This document shows, piece after piece, positions 51,101 through 60,781 of a stretch of 64,000 nucleotides of DNA. Source of the DNA: Phycisphaerae bacterium (GTDB taxonomy: Bacteria > Planctomycetota > Phycisphaerae > UBA1845 > Fen-1342); assembly GCA_963675745.2 (NCBI GenBank), contig CAXXWX010000026.1, positions 320,001-384,000 of the forward strand, written 5' to 3'. The first letter of the stretch is position 1. The number at the start of each line of letters is the position of its first letter. The notes below the pieces were generated by a model. That model had not been told where the DNA came from. It saw only the letters and a list, made by a program, of their open reading frames with translations, and made no database searches. A program made the translations under genes and the position numbers.

Positions 51101-52653
51101 TGAACCAGATGCTGTCCATCGTGTAGTTGCCACCCGCGGGCGCGAGTGAGCCATCACCGCCCAAACCGGGCAGGATGATGCCGTTGTCGGTCAGCGGGAT
51201 ATCCACGACCTGCCATTGCGTGTCGTCCGGGAAGAGCAGCGAGGTACCCTGCGGCTGCCAACCGGGACTGCCGACGCTGGTTACGCCGACCCATTCCCAG
51301 CCGTAATTGTAGTTGCAGCTACCGGTACCACCTTCGTCAACCAGGATCGAGAAGGTGTAGGGCGGCGCTTCGGCAAGCACGAGCACACCGTCCGAGTTTC
51401 CACTGGTTATGCTGGTGACACTATCGCGCTGCGTAGCGTAGTAGGTGTTGCCGGCCTGGGCGCCACCGGCAATGGTGAACACCACATCGTTCGGATCGGT
51501 TACGTTCCGCTGTTCAACCTGCCCGCCGTCGTCATACAGCGTGACCTGGTCTACGGTGGTCATCAGGTCGGTAACGATGACTTCGGTGTCGTCGGCGATA
51601 ATCGGCCAGACCACGCGTGGCGGCAGGACCGGATCGGGGACGGGCGAGATGAACTGGAGATCGTCAATGCTTAGCTCGATGTCATCTGCGACATCGTCCG
51701 GATCGTTGACGAACGCGATGTGTTCGAGCGTGCCGTAGGACTCGGTGATCACGCCGTCGCCGGTCATGCCCACAATGCCGCTGTTGGGCTGTGGCGAACC
51801 ATCCTTCGACACGACGCCGGTGGTCAGATCCCACTCGAGTGTCACCTCGACAGCGTCAAACGGGTGCAGTTCGATCGCCGGGACGGGCGTCCGCTCGCCG
51901 ATGGCATTGATGAAATACCCGTAGCGCAGCTCGTCATCGGGGGTCGGTGTCGTCTCGATCGTGCCGTTGGGGCCGGGGCCGATGACGGCAACGTTCGGAC
52001 TGAGAATGTTGGGGTCGTTGGCAACGTCGTAGCTGACCGGGTAGATCTGAACATCGTCGCCCGTTGCGGTCGTATCGACGATGCCATCGGCACCTGCGAT
52101 GATGGCGTTGGGTACGGTGCTGACGCCGATCCACTCGATCTCGCCGTTCAGGCCGCCGTCCTCGAGCTGTGGCTTGACAACACCTGTCTCGCGGACGCCA
52201 ATGCAAACGCCGAGGTTTCCGTAGAGGACTTCACTCTGGTTGGTGAAGCAGAACTTCACCTTTCCGCCCAGGTGCAGCACGGGGTTGGGGTAGATCGCGC
52301 CGTTGTAGGTCGTGAGTCGGACCCAGGCATCCGGATCGGCCGGGTCAACCCACTGCCACAGGACCTTCAGCGAAGCGTCGCCGTTGCACTGCAAGCCGCT
52401 TGCGCGGAATGCGGAATTGTTGCCGTAGGGGTTATTGGGCTCATTGAGCACGACGAATGTGTGGTTAGGCCGAGTAGGTGGACCCGGAGGTCTGCGGGAT
52501 CCGGAACATCTCCTGTGCATCACCCGGAGAGCCCGGCCCATCGAAGGTCACAACCGCCGATGGATAGTTGGGGTCGGCCCAGGCCGCGGGTGCTGCTAGG
52601 AGCACCACGACAGCGCCGAGCGCCGCGATTCGTAACGTACGTGACATAGACAT
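48140..52653 (-). CDS. Giant (~1500 aa) secreted multidomain surface protein with C-terminal dockerin, interrupted by about 4 frameshifts
   Basis: GGAGG RBS plus signal peptide MSMSRTLRIAALGAVVVLLAAPAAWA at 52653. Continuous coding-like sequence across ORF pieces 52465-52653, 50976-52541, 50768-51157, 50598-50873 and 48140-50674. Ends GDMNCDGFVNNGDIDPFV...ADINGDTYVNNGDIDPFV. Confidence 0.8.
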
Positions 52654-52786
52654 ATTCCTCCGATGGGTTGTTGGGGGGCATCCGCCGCACGCGGCGGCAA
52701 CCGCATGTCCTGTTGGTTGTGCTGTAGGTTTACTAATCGGCCTTTTCGGGCGCAAGCCTGCGTAGCGCAACGCCCGGCGGCCACAG

Positions 52787-52834
52787 AAAAACACGCTCCG
52801 CTCCGTCGTATTTAGGACGAAGCGAAGCGTGTTT
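52787..52834 (-). terminator. Rho-independent terminator
   Basis: Minus strand aaacacgcttcgcttcgtc / gacggagcggagcgtgttt (G-U pairs) ending in a T tract. Confidence 0.7.
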
Positions 52835-52954
52835 GTTCAACAACGCAGATGCGGGAAGCTGGTCAACTCCGATAAAACCTTGTCACGGTCGGGCACAAAC
52901 ATGTTCCCGCAAGACCACTCCCCGAAGCTTCGTGTCCGTACCTTCGTCCTTCGC

Positions 52955-53693
52955 CTAGCGACGGCGAATCAGCGCCAAGCCACTGAGCAGCAGCAGCAGT
53001 GTCGTCGGCTCCGGAAGCTGCGCCAGATAGATGTCGTCGAAGTTGCCGCCACCACCGGCCGATGAGAGCCGACGGGCCAATCCGAGACGGAGCCCGCTGC
53101 CGTCAGACCGGACGTATACGTCGCCGGTCAGCGGCAACTGGGTCGTCGTCGAATCGATGACGCTGTCGGGCAGATCCAAGTGAAACGATGCTGCTGCCAC
53201 TGAATGTGGCCTCAACTCATGCCAACCGGTGCGGATGGTTGGGTCGCCGTTGAACGGCATCCAGCTCGGGCCTCTGGCCCGGGAAGCTGCTGACGCGGGC
53301 AGTAGTACTGCACGCCCTGGATCGAGTTGTACACCCATCTCAAAAAGCGGGAACGTCGAACCGACCGCAGACGCCGATCGTGAAACGATGCGCTTGTTGC
53401 CTACAGGCGTCGTCGCAAGATCTCGCCATTCGCAGATGACCGGCTGGCCGCATCCGACGGGATCAAATCGGCGGCGAGGTTGATGATGTTGTCCGCGCCA
53501 CCCGGATGGCCATCGACTTCGTGCCGCTAAACGCATTGTTGGGATCAAGCGTGCCCAGACCGGCCGAGCCCCACACCGTCTGCATTGCGGCGGTGCTGGG
53601 ATACACCTCAAAGTCATCGTCGATGTAAGTTGTCTGTGCGAACGCCGTCGAGGCGAGGGCAGCGATCGCGGCCAACACTAGAACATTTTTCAT
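52955..53693 (-). CDS. Small secreted PEP-CTERM protein, frameshifted several times
   Basis: AGGAGG RBS and signal MKNVLVLAAIAALASTAFA (53693); C-terminal LPEPTTLLLLLSGLALIRRR in another frame. Confidence 0.75.
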
Positions 53694-54165
53694 CTGTTTC
53701 TCCTCCTAGGAACAAGTGATGTGTGCCGAGATCAGCTTCTTGCCGCCAGCGCCCGACACGCTCTACCTACCCAATCCACCTTGCGAAATACACTCGAAAC
53801 ACAGTTGTCAGCATCCATCCACTCGTCCTTGCGTATGGTGTCCGTACCAAGCCGTACTTCCCTTCCGACATGTGCGTTACAGCCTGAAAACTTCATCCCC
53901 TATTGCACTTTAAAGCATAGCGGTTTGGTGGGGTGGTAGCAAGATAAACCGCAAATCGGATTAAATCTATTTTTCGTCCGATAACACACAGTGACCCCTG
54001 TTTGTTTGCAAAGCACGCCGATTTCGCTGTGCGCCAACCGGCCCAAGCCGTTATGATGGAGCGGCCGCTGGGATCGACCTCTGGCGAGTCATCTCGCGGC
54101 TGGTAATGCCTCCGTTGGCCACGTTTCAGCCCACATCGCCCCACCAGGCACGGGAGAGAAGCAGC

Positions 54166-56499
54166 ATGGCACAGACACACCGAACCAGGCTGGGTTTGCG
54201 ACAGATCATGTTGAGTATTGCTGTCGCCGCCCTGACCGCCGCCGCTACGGCGCAGACCGTCACCGTCGACAACAGCGATCCAGAGTTCTCCATCCTCTAT
54301 GGGATCTGGAATACGGGCACCTACGGCACGCCTTACGGCGACGACTATAACTGGGCGGAGACAACCTACACCGGCGAGGACCCGGCGGCTGTCGAATGGC
54401 GTCCCGATCTGCCCCAGGCCGGTGCGTACAACATCACCATCTGGTACGTACAGGGCACCAATCGCGCTGTTGACGCCACCTTCACCGTTCATCACGTCGG
54501 CGGCTCAACGCCGGTGGTGGTCAATCAACAGATCAACGGCGAGACGTGGGTGAACCTGGGCACTTACGACTTCGCGGCCGGCACCGGTGGATATGTGACG
54601 CTGGACAACGACGCGGGCTACGCCGTGGTGATCGCCGACGCGGTGCGATTCACGCTCGAGGCTGAGACGGTCGAGCTGACCATGGATGTGAGCCCCGCCG
54701 GCTGGGGTACGACCGTGCCTGCCGAAGGTGGGCCGTACACGGAGTACCTCAACGAAGTCGTGCCGATCTCGGCGCAGGCCGGCGGCGGATACGCGTTCCA
54801 CCACTGGACCGTCTCGGCGGGTTCCGCCGTGGCCAATCCGTTGTCACCGGTAACGACGGTAACGATGGATCAGGACAAGACGGTTACGGCCGTTTTCGAA
54901 GAGAAAACGGAGAACGTGGAATTCCGCGGGTTCTGGGCTGATGCGTTTCACGCCGGCTTTAAGAGCACGGCCCAGATCGACGAGATGGTGAGTCGCGCCG
55001 CCGCCGGCAATTACAACGCGATTCTCCCCGAGGTGCTAGCCTATCAGGACGACGCTGGATCGGCGCACGGCGCCTACTGGAATTCGGCGATATTGCCGAA
55101 GGCCGGCGACATCGTCGGCGGGATCGATCCACTCGCATATCTCGTGCAAGAGGCGCACGCGCAGGGCATCGAGGTTCACCCCTGGCTGGTCGCCTTCCGC
55201 GTGTCCACCACCTGGCCGCCATCCGGCAACACCACGCTCAGCGCCCACCCCGAATGGCTGATGGTGGTGCGCGGCGACATCGGCGGTGGACCGGCCACCG
55301 TCAGCGACAAGTACACGCTAGACCCCAGCTCGCCCGACGTGCAGGATTACCTGATCTCCATAGTCCGGGAGCTCGTCACCAACTACGAGATCGACGGCGT
55401 ACACTGGGATTACATTCGCTACACCGATTCATCCGCGGGTTACCCGGCGTACACGTGGTACGACCAGTCGGGGCTCGAGCGCTTTAAACGGATCACAGGG
55501 TACGCGGGAACGCCGGCGATCGACTACGGGCCGTGGGAGGACTTTCGGCGACGCGGCGTCACCGAACTCGTGCGCAGAGCCCAGGCCGAGGTTGCCACGA
55601 ACATGGCTAACCCGCGGCAGCCACTGCGACACACGGCGGCGCTGATCACCTGGGGCGACGCGCCGTGGGATTTCGAGGACACCAGCTCATGGGCACGCTT
55701 CCAGAACTGGCGCGAGTGGATGGAGGAGGGCTTCCTCGACGCCGGCATCCCGATGACCTACTACAACTACAACACCTACCCCACGTGGTATGAGAACTGG
55801 GTGGATCGCGAGTTGTACTGGCGCTATGACCGGCACATCTTCGTTGGGCCGGGCATCTACCTGAACAGCTTCGCCAACAGCAATACCGAGATCACGTACG
55901 CGCAGGCCGCCGGTGCCGACGGAATCTGCACGTATTCCTACAGCGGAACGTATGACGGTGGTACGGACTGGTCGTGGTACCCCTACGCCGCATCGACCGT
56001 GTTCGCTGTGCCGGCGGTCACACCCGAAATGCCCTGGCGCGACCCGGCCACCGCGACAAAAGGGGTCATCTACGGCCGCGTCGTTGATGGGACCAGCGGA
56101 GACCCGCTGGATGACGCGACGCTATACGTCGGCGCTCAGCCGCTCGCCCGGACCGACGGAAACGGGTTCTACATCATCACTGAACTACCCGCGGCCGCCG
56201 GCGGAACACAGGTGGCGGTGACGGCCACGTTCTCGGGGTTCTCTGGCGAGGTGCGTCCGGCGGTGCTGGTGCTGCCGGCTTATTACACCGAGGCGAACTT
56301 CTCGCTGGGCACGTGGCCGGCGGGTGACTATGACGTTGATGGCGACGTGGATCTCGACGACTCAGACCGGTTCCTGCCGTGCCTGACGGGCCCCGACAAC
56401 GGCCCGCCGGGGGCCGGCTGTGACTTGTTTGATTTCGACATCGACAACGATACCGACGTACCCGATTTCGCGGTCCTCCAGGAGTCGTTCGGTAGCTGA
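54166..56499 (+). CDS. Secreted GHL10/DUF187-type glycoside hydrolase-like protein with accessory domains and a second type of dockerin-like tail
   Basis: N-terminal VDNSD..W..GAYNITIWY..VIADAVRF module; EFRGFW, DPLAYLVQEAHAQGIEVHPW, YEIDGVHWDYIRY, QNWREW; tail GDYDVDGDVDLDD..FLPCLTGP..DFDIDNDTDVPDF. Confidence 0.8.
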   Translation: MAQTHRTRLGLRQIMLSIAVAALTAAATAQTVTVDNSDPEFSILYGIWNTGTYGTPYGDDYNWAETTYTGEDPAAVEWRPDLPQAGAYNITIWYVQGTNRAVDATFTVHHVGGSTPVVVNQQINGETWVNLGTYDFAAGTGGYVTLDNDAGYAVVIADAVRFTLEAETVELTMDVSPAGWGTTVPAEGGPYTEYLNEVVPISAQAGGGYAFHHWTVSAGSAVANPLSPVTTVTMDQDKTVTAVFEEKTENVEFRGFWADAFHAGFKSTAQIDEMVSRAAAGNYNAILPEVLAYQDDAGSAHGAYWNSAILPKAGDIVGGIDPLAYLVQEAHAQGIEVHPWLVAFRVSTTWPPSGNTTLSAHPEWLMVVRGDIGGGPATVSDKYTLDPSSPDVQDYLISIVRELVTNYEIDGVHWDYIRYTDSSAGYPAYTWYDQSGLERFKRITGYAGTPAIDYGPWEDFRRRGVTELVRRAQAEVATNMANPRQPLRHTAALITWGDAPWDFEDTSSWARFQNWREWMEEGFLDAGIPMTYYNYNTYPTWYENWVDRELYWRYDRHIFVGPGIYLNSFANSNTEITYAQAAGADGICTYSYSGTYDGGTDWSWYPYAASTVFAVPAVTPEMPWRDPATATKGVIYGRVVDGTSGDPLDDATLYVGAQPLARTDGNGFYIITELPAAAGGTQVAVTATFSGFSGEVRPAVLVLPAYYTEANFSLGTWPAGDYDVDGDVDLDDSDRFLPCLTGPDNGPPGAGCDLFDFDIDNDTDVPDFAVLQESFGS

Positions 56500-56570
56500 T
56501 ACGTTGCCTGACGCGGCCGTATCGACGGGGCGCCGCTGTGACGGGGCGTTGTCGACGTTCGGCGGCCGGC

Positions 56571-56645
56571 GAGGCGCCGGCCGTTACGCGCTACATCGAG
56601 GCGCCGGCCGTTACGCGCTACATCGAGGCGCCGGCCGTCACGCGC
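56571..56645. repeat. 27-bp tandem repeat, about 2.8 copies
   Basis: gaggcgccggccgttacgcgctacatc at 56571 and 56598, partial copy at 56625, between convergent genes. Confidence 0.85.
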
Positions 56646-56694
56646 CGCGCCGAGGTGTGGCACGAAATACGAGGCGCTACCGGTCCAAGCGGGA

Positions 56695-57807
56695 TTAGCG
56701 CGGGTTCAGCAAGTCGACAAACGCGTCGATGTCTCCGTTGTTCACCCAACCGTCGCCGTTGCAGTCCCCGTCCATGATGTCGCAGTCGGGGTAGTCGACC
56801 GGGTATTGCCCCGGCTGCGTGATCGCGACCACGAATGGGTCGATGTCGCCGTTGTTGACCCAGCCATCGCAGTTCAGATCACCGAGGTTGTGCTCGGGAA
56901 CCTCAGACACACGGAACCCGAGGTTGCCGTGCTCGCTCGCAGGGTCGAGGCTGCCGCGGAACGACGCGGGCAGGAAAATGTCGAGCATGTTGAACGATCC
57001 GCCGCGCAAGCCGCGATACGACCCGATAGTCGCCTCATTCCACTCCCCCACGTTGCCACCCTGGTTGAACGTGCCGTACGGGCTGTCGGACCACTCAAAC
57101 TCGCCCACAACCGTCGTGTAGTACGGCGAGTCGATCGGCCATGGGTCTCCGAAGTAGTTCGCATTGTTGCCCGGATTCGTGCCCTCGTTCATGTCGCGAC
57201 CGGGCACGCTGTCACTGCTCGTCGGGTAGTCCCAATACCCCGCGATGACCCCGCCGCCCTTGTAGTACGCCGCCTTGTACCACTCGTCCTCGCTCGGTAG
57301 AAAGACCTGCGCGCCAGCCTTGCGGACCACGCCCGATCCGAGAGACATGTCGTACGCGCCGTCCTCGGTGGTCGAAGTGTCCTGGGCCCCAGTCAGCTGA
57401 CCGTTGTGCATCCAGTTCGCAAACCGCAGCGCGTCGTACAGACTCACGTAGTTCACCGGACGGACCGCCCGATCCGGCGAGACGCTATAGCTGTAACTTC
57501 CGGATGAGCCGGTTTGCTCGATTTTGCAGCCCAAGCCATGCGACCACATGTCTGTGTTGTACAGACCGTAAATGTCGTCATCGGCTACCGCGTTGAGGAA
57601 TTCCGTGTACTGACCGGCCGTCACCTCGTACTTTCCGATGTTGTACACGTAGTCCACGTTGCCGTAGCCGGGTGTTTCGTACCTCGTGTCGGGCGCGTTG
57701 CCCGGGTCGCCGACAGTGACGGTGTCGATCACGACTTCCGCCTGCGCGGCGTCTGCGGATGCCAGCACCAAACCCACAATCCCCGCCAGCGTGGCTATTC
57801 TACGCAT
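56695..57807 (-). CDS. Secreted FGE/SUMF1-fold protein with C-terminal dockerin
   Basis: IGKYEVT, PVNYVS, LPSEDEWYKAAY, GGNVGEW, RGGSF, LGFRV; then GDLNCDGWVNNGDIDPFV. Confidence 0.88.
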   Translation of the reverse strand: MRRIATLAGIVGLVLASADAAQAEVVIDTVTVGDPGNAPDTRYETPGYGNVDYVYNIGKYEVTAGQYTEFLNAVADDDIYGLYNTDMWSHGLGCKIEQTGSSGSYSYSVSPDRAVRPVNYVSLYDALRFANWMHNGQLTGAQDTSTTEDGAYDMSLGSGVVRKAGAQVFLPSEDEWYKAAYYKGGGVIAGYWDYPTSSDSVPGRDMNEGTNPGNNANYFGDPWPIDSPYYTTVVGEFEWSDSPYGTFNQGGNVGEWNEATIGSYRGLRGGSFNMLDIFLPASFRGSLDPASEHGNLGFRVSEVPEHNLGDLNCDGWVNNGDIDPFVVAITQPGQYPVDYPDCDIMDGDCNGDGWVNNGDIDAFVDLLNPR

Positions 57808-57848
57808 GTCCCTTCCTCCTCGATTCGCGACATACACCTTCCCACTAG

Positions 57849-59327
57849 TTACCCGGCGAGCGACGCGACAAAGGGATCGATGTCCGCATTGTTGACCCAG
57901 CCATCGAAGTTGCAGTCGGCGAGGTAGGGGTCACAGTCGGGATACGCCGCGATGTAGGCGGCTGTGTCGGTTACGGCCAGCACAAAGGGATCAATATCCC
58001 CATTGTTGATGAGGCCGTCGCAGTTGAGGTCTCCCGTAGCGGAGGCTGGTAGGGAGAACACGTACGCCGAACCTGAGTCAACGCCATTCTGGTCCTCATG
58101 CCAAGCTCCGCCCCAAATCGTGTCGCCATTGACGGACACGGACCGGCCGAGCTGGTCGCCAGTCTCCGCATCAGAGGCTATGAGCTTAGCCGCCGGGCCC
58201 CAGTTGTCAGGTGCGTGCCAATTGCGGTAGAAGACATACGCTGCACCGGCGTCGATGCCACCAGCATTGTCGTCCCAGCGTGCTCCAGCCACGATAGCAT
58301 CCCCGCTGACCGATACTTGTGCACCGAGCCCAGCGCCCGCCTCCCCATCGTTGGCAGTCCGCTTGGCGACTTCACCCCAGCTATCCGGGCCCGACCAATT
58401 GCGCTCATAAATGTAGATCGCCCCAGCGTTACTGCCCATCTCATCTTCTTGTGGTGCCCCGATGACGATTGTATCCCCACAGATCGAAACAGCATGTTCG
58501 CTGAAGTAGTCGTACGGCTGACCATCACTGGCAATCAACTTCGCGACCTCACCCCAGTTGTCCGCACCGCCCCAGTCACGCTGGTACACAAATGCCGCCC
58601 CAGCGTTAGTACCTCTAGTGTCATCTTCCACCGCCCCCACCACAACAGTGTCGCCGTTTACTGAGACAGCGTTCCCGAAGTAATCCCCCGGGTTGTGGGC
58701 AGGTGTTTCTTTGACCTCGCCCCAGGCATCAGCCCCGCCTTCGTTGCGGTAGAAGATGTACGCCGATCCGTAGTCACTTGCACTGTCGTGCCCATCCGCT
58801 CCGACGACGAGCACGTCGCCGCTGAGCGAAACATCGGCACCAAAGAAATCCCCTGCCTCGCCGTTGCTCGGCATCAGCTTCAACCGTTCCCCCCAGGCGT
58901 CCTGTGTGGGCCAGTTGCGGTAGAAAATATACACGGAACCTGAGTCCCTGCCGTAATCGTCGTTCTGATTTGCTCCAACCACGATGATGTCACCGCTGAT
59001 TGAAACGGATACGCCGAAGTGGTCTTCCGTGAAATAATCCGAGGCGTTTAGCCTAGCAACTTCACCCCAGTTGTCGGTTCCGCCTGAATCGCGATAGAAG
59101 ACATACGCTGCACCTGCGTCGCCTCGGCCAAGGTGGTCGTACCAGTAGGCACCAACCACAGCGATGTCATTGTCCACCGCGACGGAGTGGCCAAAATAGT
59201 CGCCCGCCGCACCATCACTCGCAGTGCGTTTCGTGTCCTCGTACCCAGCCCACGCTGTCGATGTTACTACGAATGCCGTGATGATCCGCAGAAAGATCAC
59301 CGCTGACGCCGCCGGGCAAGTTGCCAC
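57849..59327 (-). CDS. Secreted FG-GAP repeat (beta-propeller) protein with C-terminal dockerin
   Basis: About seven repeats of ASDG..GD.FG.SVSISGD.IVVGA..D...GSAYVF; GDLNCDGLINNGDIDPFV tail; GTG start at 59327 with AAGGAG RBS (in-frame ATG also at 59420). Confidence 0.88.
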   Translation of the reverse strand: MATCPAASAVIFLRIITAFVVTSTAWAGYEDTKRTASDGAAGDYFGHSVAVDNDIAVVGAYWYDHLGRGDAGAAYVFYRDSGGTDNWGEVARLNASDYFTEDHFGVSVSISGDIIVVGANQNDDYGRDSGSVYIFYRNWPTQDAWGERLKLMPSNGEAGDFFGADVSLSGDVLVVGADGHDSASDYGSAYIFYRNEGGADAWGEVKETPAHNPGDYFGNAVSVNGDTVVVGAVEDDTRGTNAGAAFVYQRDWGGADNWGEVAKLIASDGQPYDYFSEHAVSICGDTIVIGAPQEDEMGSNAGAIYIYERNWSGPDSWGEVAKRTANDGEAGAGLGAQVSVSGDAIVAGARWDDNAGGIDAGAAYVFYRNWHAPDNWGPAAKLIASDAETGDQLGRSVSVNGDTIWGGAWHEDQNGVDSGSAYVFSLPASATGDLNCDGLINNGDIDPFVLAVTDTAAYIAAYPDCDPYLADCNFDGWVNNADIDPFVASLAG

Positions 59328-59677
59328 GTCCGCGTCTCCTTTCAAACGGTCAATTGATGACCTGTGAGCCTGTATCGCCTCATTTGCAGACGACCGCGCC
59401 AACGTAGGAATCCTGCGCATGCCCCAATCCTCCTCGATTCGCGACGTGCGCCCCCACTTGGCGTGGCCATCCGCCTCGGTGCCCGTGGGGGCGGAGAACG
59501 TGTCTTTCATGCTATCCAGAAGGACCGCGCGCCACAAGCGCCGCGTCAAGGCACGGCGGCGCTTGCCCGGCGCGGCGCGGCGCGCACAATGCACGTTCTC
59601 ACTGCTGCAGCACGGCGGGCGGCCCGATACACGCCGCTCATCGGTGCTCGACAGCCATCGAACGCGGAGGTTTACCC

Positions 59678-60766
59678 ATGCGCAAGACGACCAAACGCAT
59701 CCTGATTCTGACTCCTCTGGTTCTGATCGCGCTTCTGATCGGCGGCGGCTTCTGGGTCTGGCACTTGATGAGCGCGCCGCTGTATCGACCGGGGATGGTG
59801 CGCGCCGCGGAGAACCTGCGCGGACCGCTCCAGCCGCCGACACAAACCGGCGAGCCGAACGTCTGGCGGGTCGAGAGCGACATCGACCTGCACCACTTCT
59901 CCCACGGCACCGGAACGCCGCTCTTGTTCGTTCACGGCGGCCCCGGCTTTCCCGCGCGCGAGCTGCCCGCCGGGCTGGCACGGCTCACCGGCGAGTACGA
60001 GATTCATTTCTACGATCAGCGCGGCTGCGGCGATTCGACGCGGCCATTCGACCGGTTTGCATCCAGCAATTTCTACCAGAACATGCTGACGCTCGACAAA
60101 GGTCTCGGCATCGGGGCGCACATCGCCGACATCGAGCGCATCCGCCGCATACTCGGCCGGGACAAGCTGATCATCGTCGGACATTCTTTCGGCGGCTTTC
60201 TGGCCTCGCTCTACGCGGCCGAGTTTCCCGAGCACGTCGCCGGCCTGGTGTTGCTGGCGCCGGCGGACCTGGTGGTCTTTCCGCAGGAGCACGGCGGTTT
60301 GTTTGAGGAAATCCGCGGCCTCTTGCCGGCCGAGCGCCTGGATGAGTACGACCGTTTCGTTGAAGAATACCTGGACTTCTCAAGCGTTTTCACCAAGAGC
60401 GAGGCGGAGTTGGCCGCCCGGAACAGCAAGTTCGCCGAGTTTTTCCGGCTCGCAACTGGAGCGGATGCAGCCGCCGCCACGCAGCCGTCCGACCAAGCCG
60501 CCGGTGGATGGGTGGTGACGGCGGTGTATCTGAGTCTGGGGCTGCGGCATGACTACAGCGCTGCGCTGCGCGATGTAACGGCACCGGTATTGCTCGTACA
60601 TGGCGACGCGGATCTCGTGCCGGCGTCGGTCAGCGAGAGCTATGCGGAGCTATTCCCCAACGCCCGCGTCAGCGTCATTGAGGGGGCCGGTCACATGACG
60701 TTCGATGATCGCCCGAATGAGTTCGCGGAGATCGTCGGCGAGTTTCTGCGCACGCTCGCGGACTAG
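59678..60766 (+). CDS. Alpha/beta hydrolase (proline iminopeptidase-like), N-terminally anchored
   Basis: HGGPG, YDQRGCG, GHSFGG, HGDAD, GAGH; GGAGG RBS. Confidence 0.88.
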   Translation: MRKTTKRILILTPLVLIALLIGGGFWVWHLMSAPLYRPGMVRAAENLRGPLQPPTQTGEPNVWRVESDIDLHHFSHGTGTPLLFVHGGPGFPARELPAGLARLTGEYEIHFYDQRGCGDSTRPFDRFASSNFYQNMLTLDKGLGIGAHIADIERIRRILGRDKLIIVGHSFGGFLASLYAAEFPEHVAGLVLLAPADLVVFPQEHGGLFEEIRGLLPAERLDEYDRFVEEYLDFSSVFTKSEAELAARNSKFAEFFRLATGADAAAATQPSDQAAGGWVVTAVYLSLGLRHDYSAALRDVTAPVLLVHGDADLVPASVSESYAELFPNARVSVIEGAGHMTFDDRPNEFAEIVGEFLRTLAD

Positions 60767-60781
60767 CCTCGATCCGGCGAT

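Noticed and set aside
53962..53984. Sigma28-like promoter (TAAA...TCCGATAA); also GCCGATAA near 16284
   Set aside because: Spacing is 11 rather than 15 at the first site and there is no -35 at the second; too weak to call.
56900..57010. FGE/CLec C-terminus as a diversity-generating retroelement variable region
   Set aside because: No template repeat and no reverse transcriptase seen in the window.
59421..59981. N-terminal extension of the 710-aa FG-GAP ORF
   Set aside because: Arg-rich, low-complexity and overlapping the opposite-strand hydrolase.
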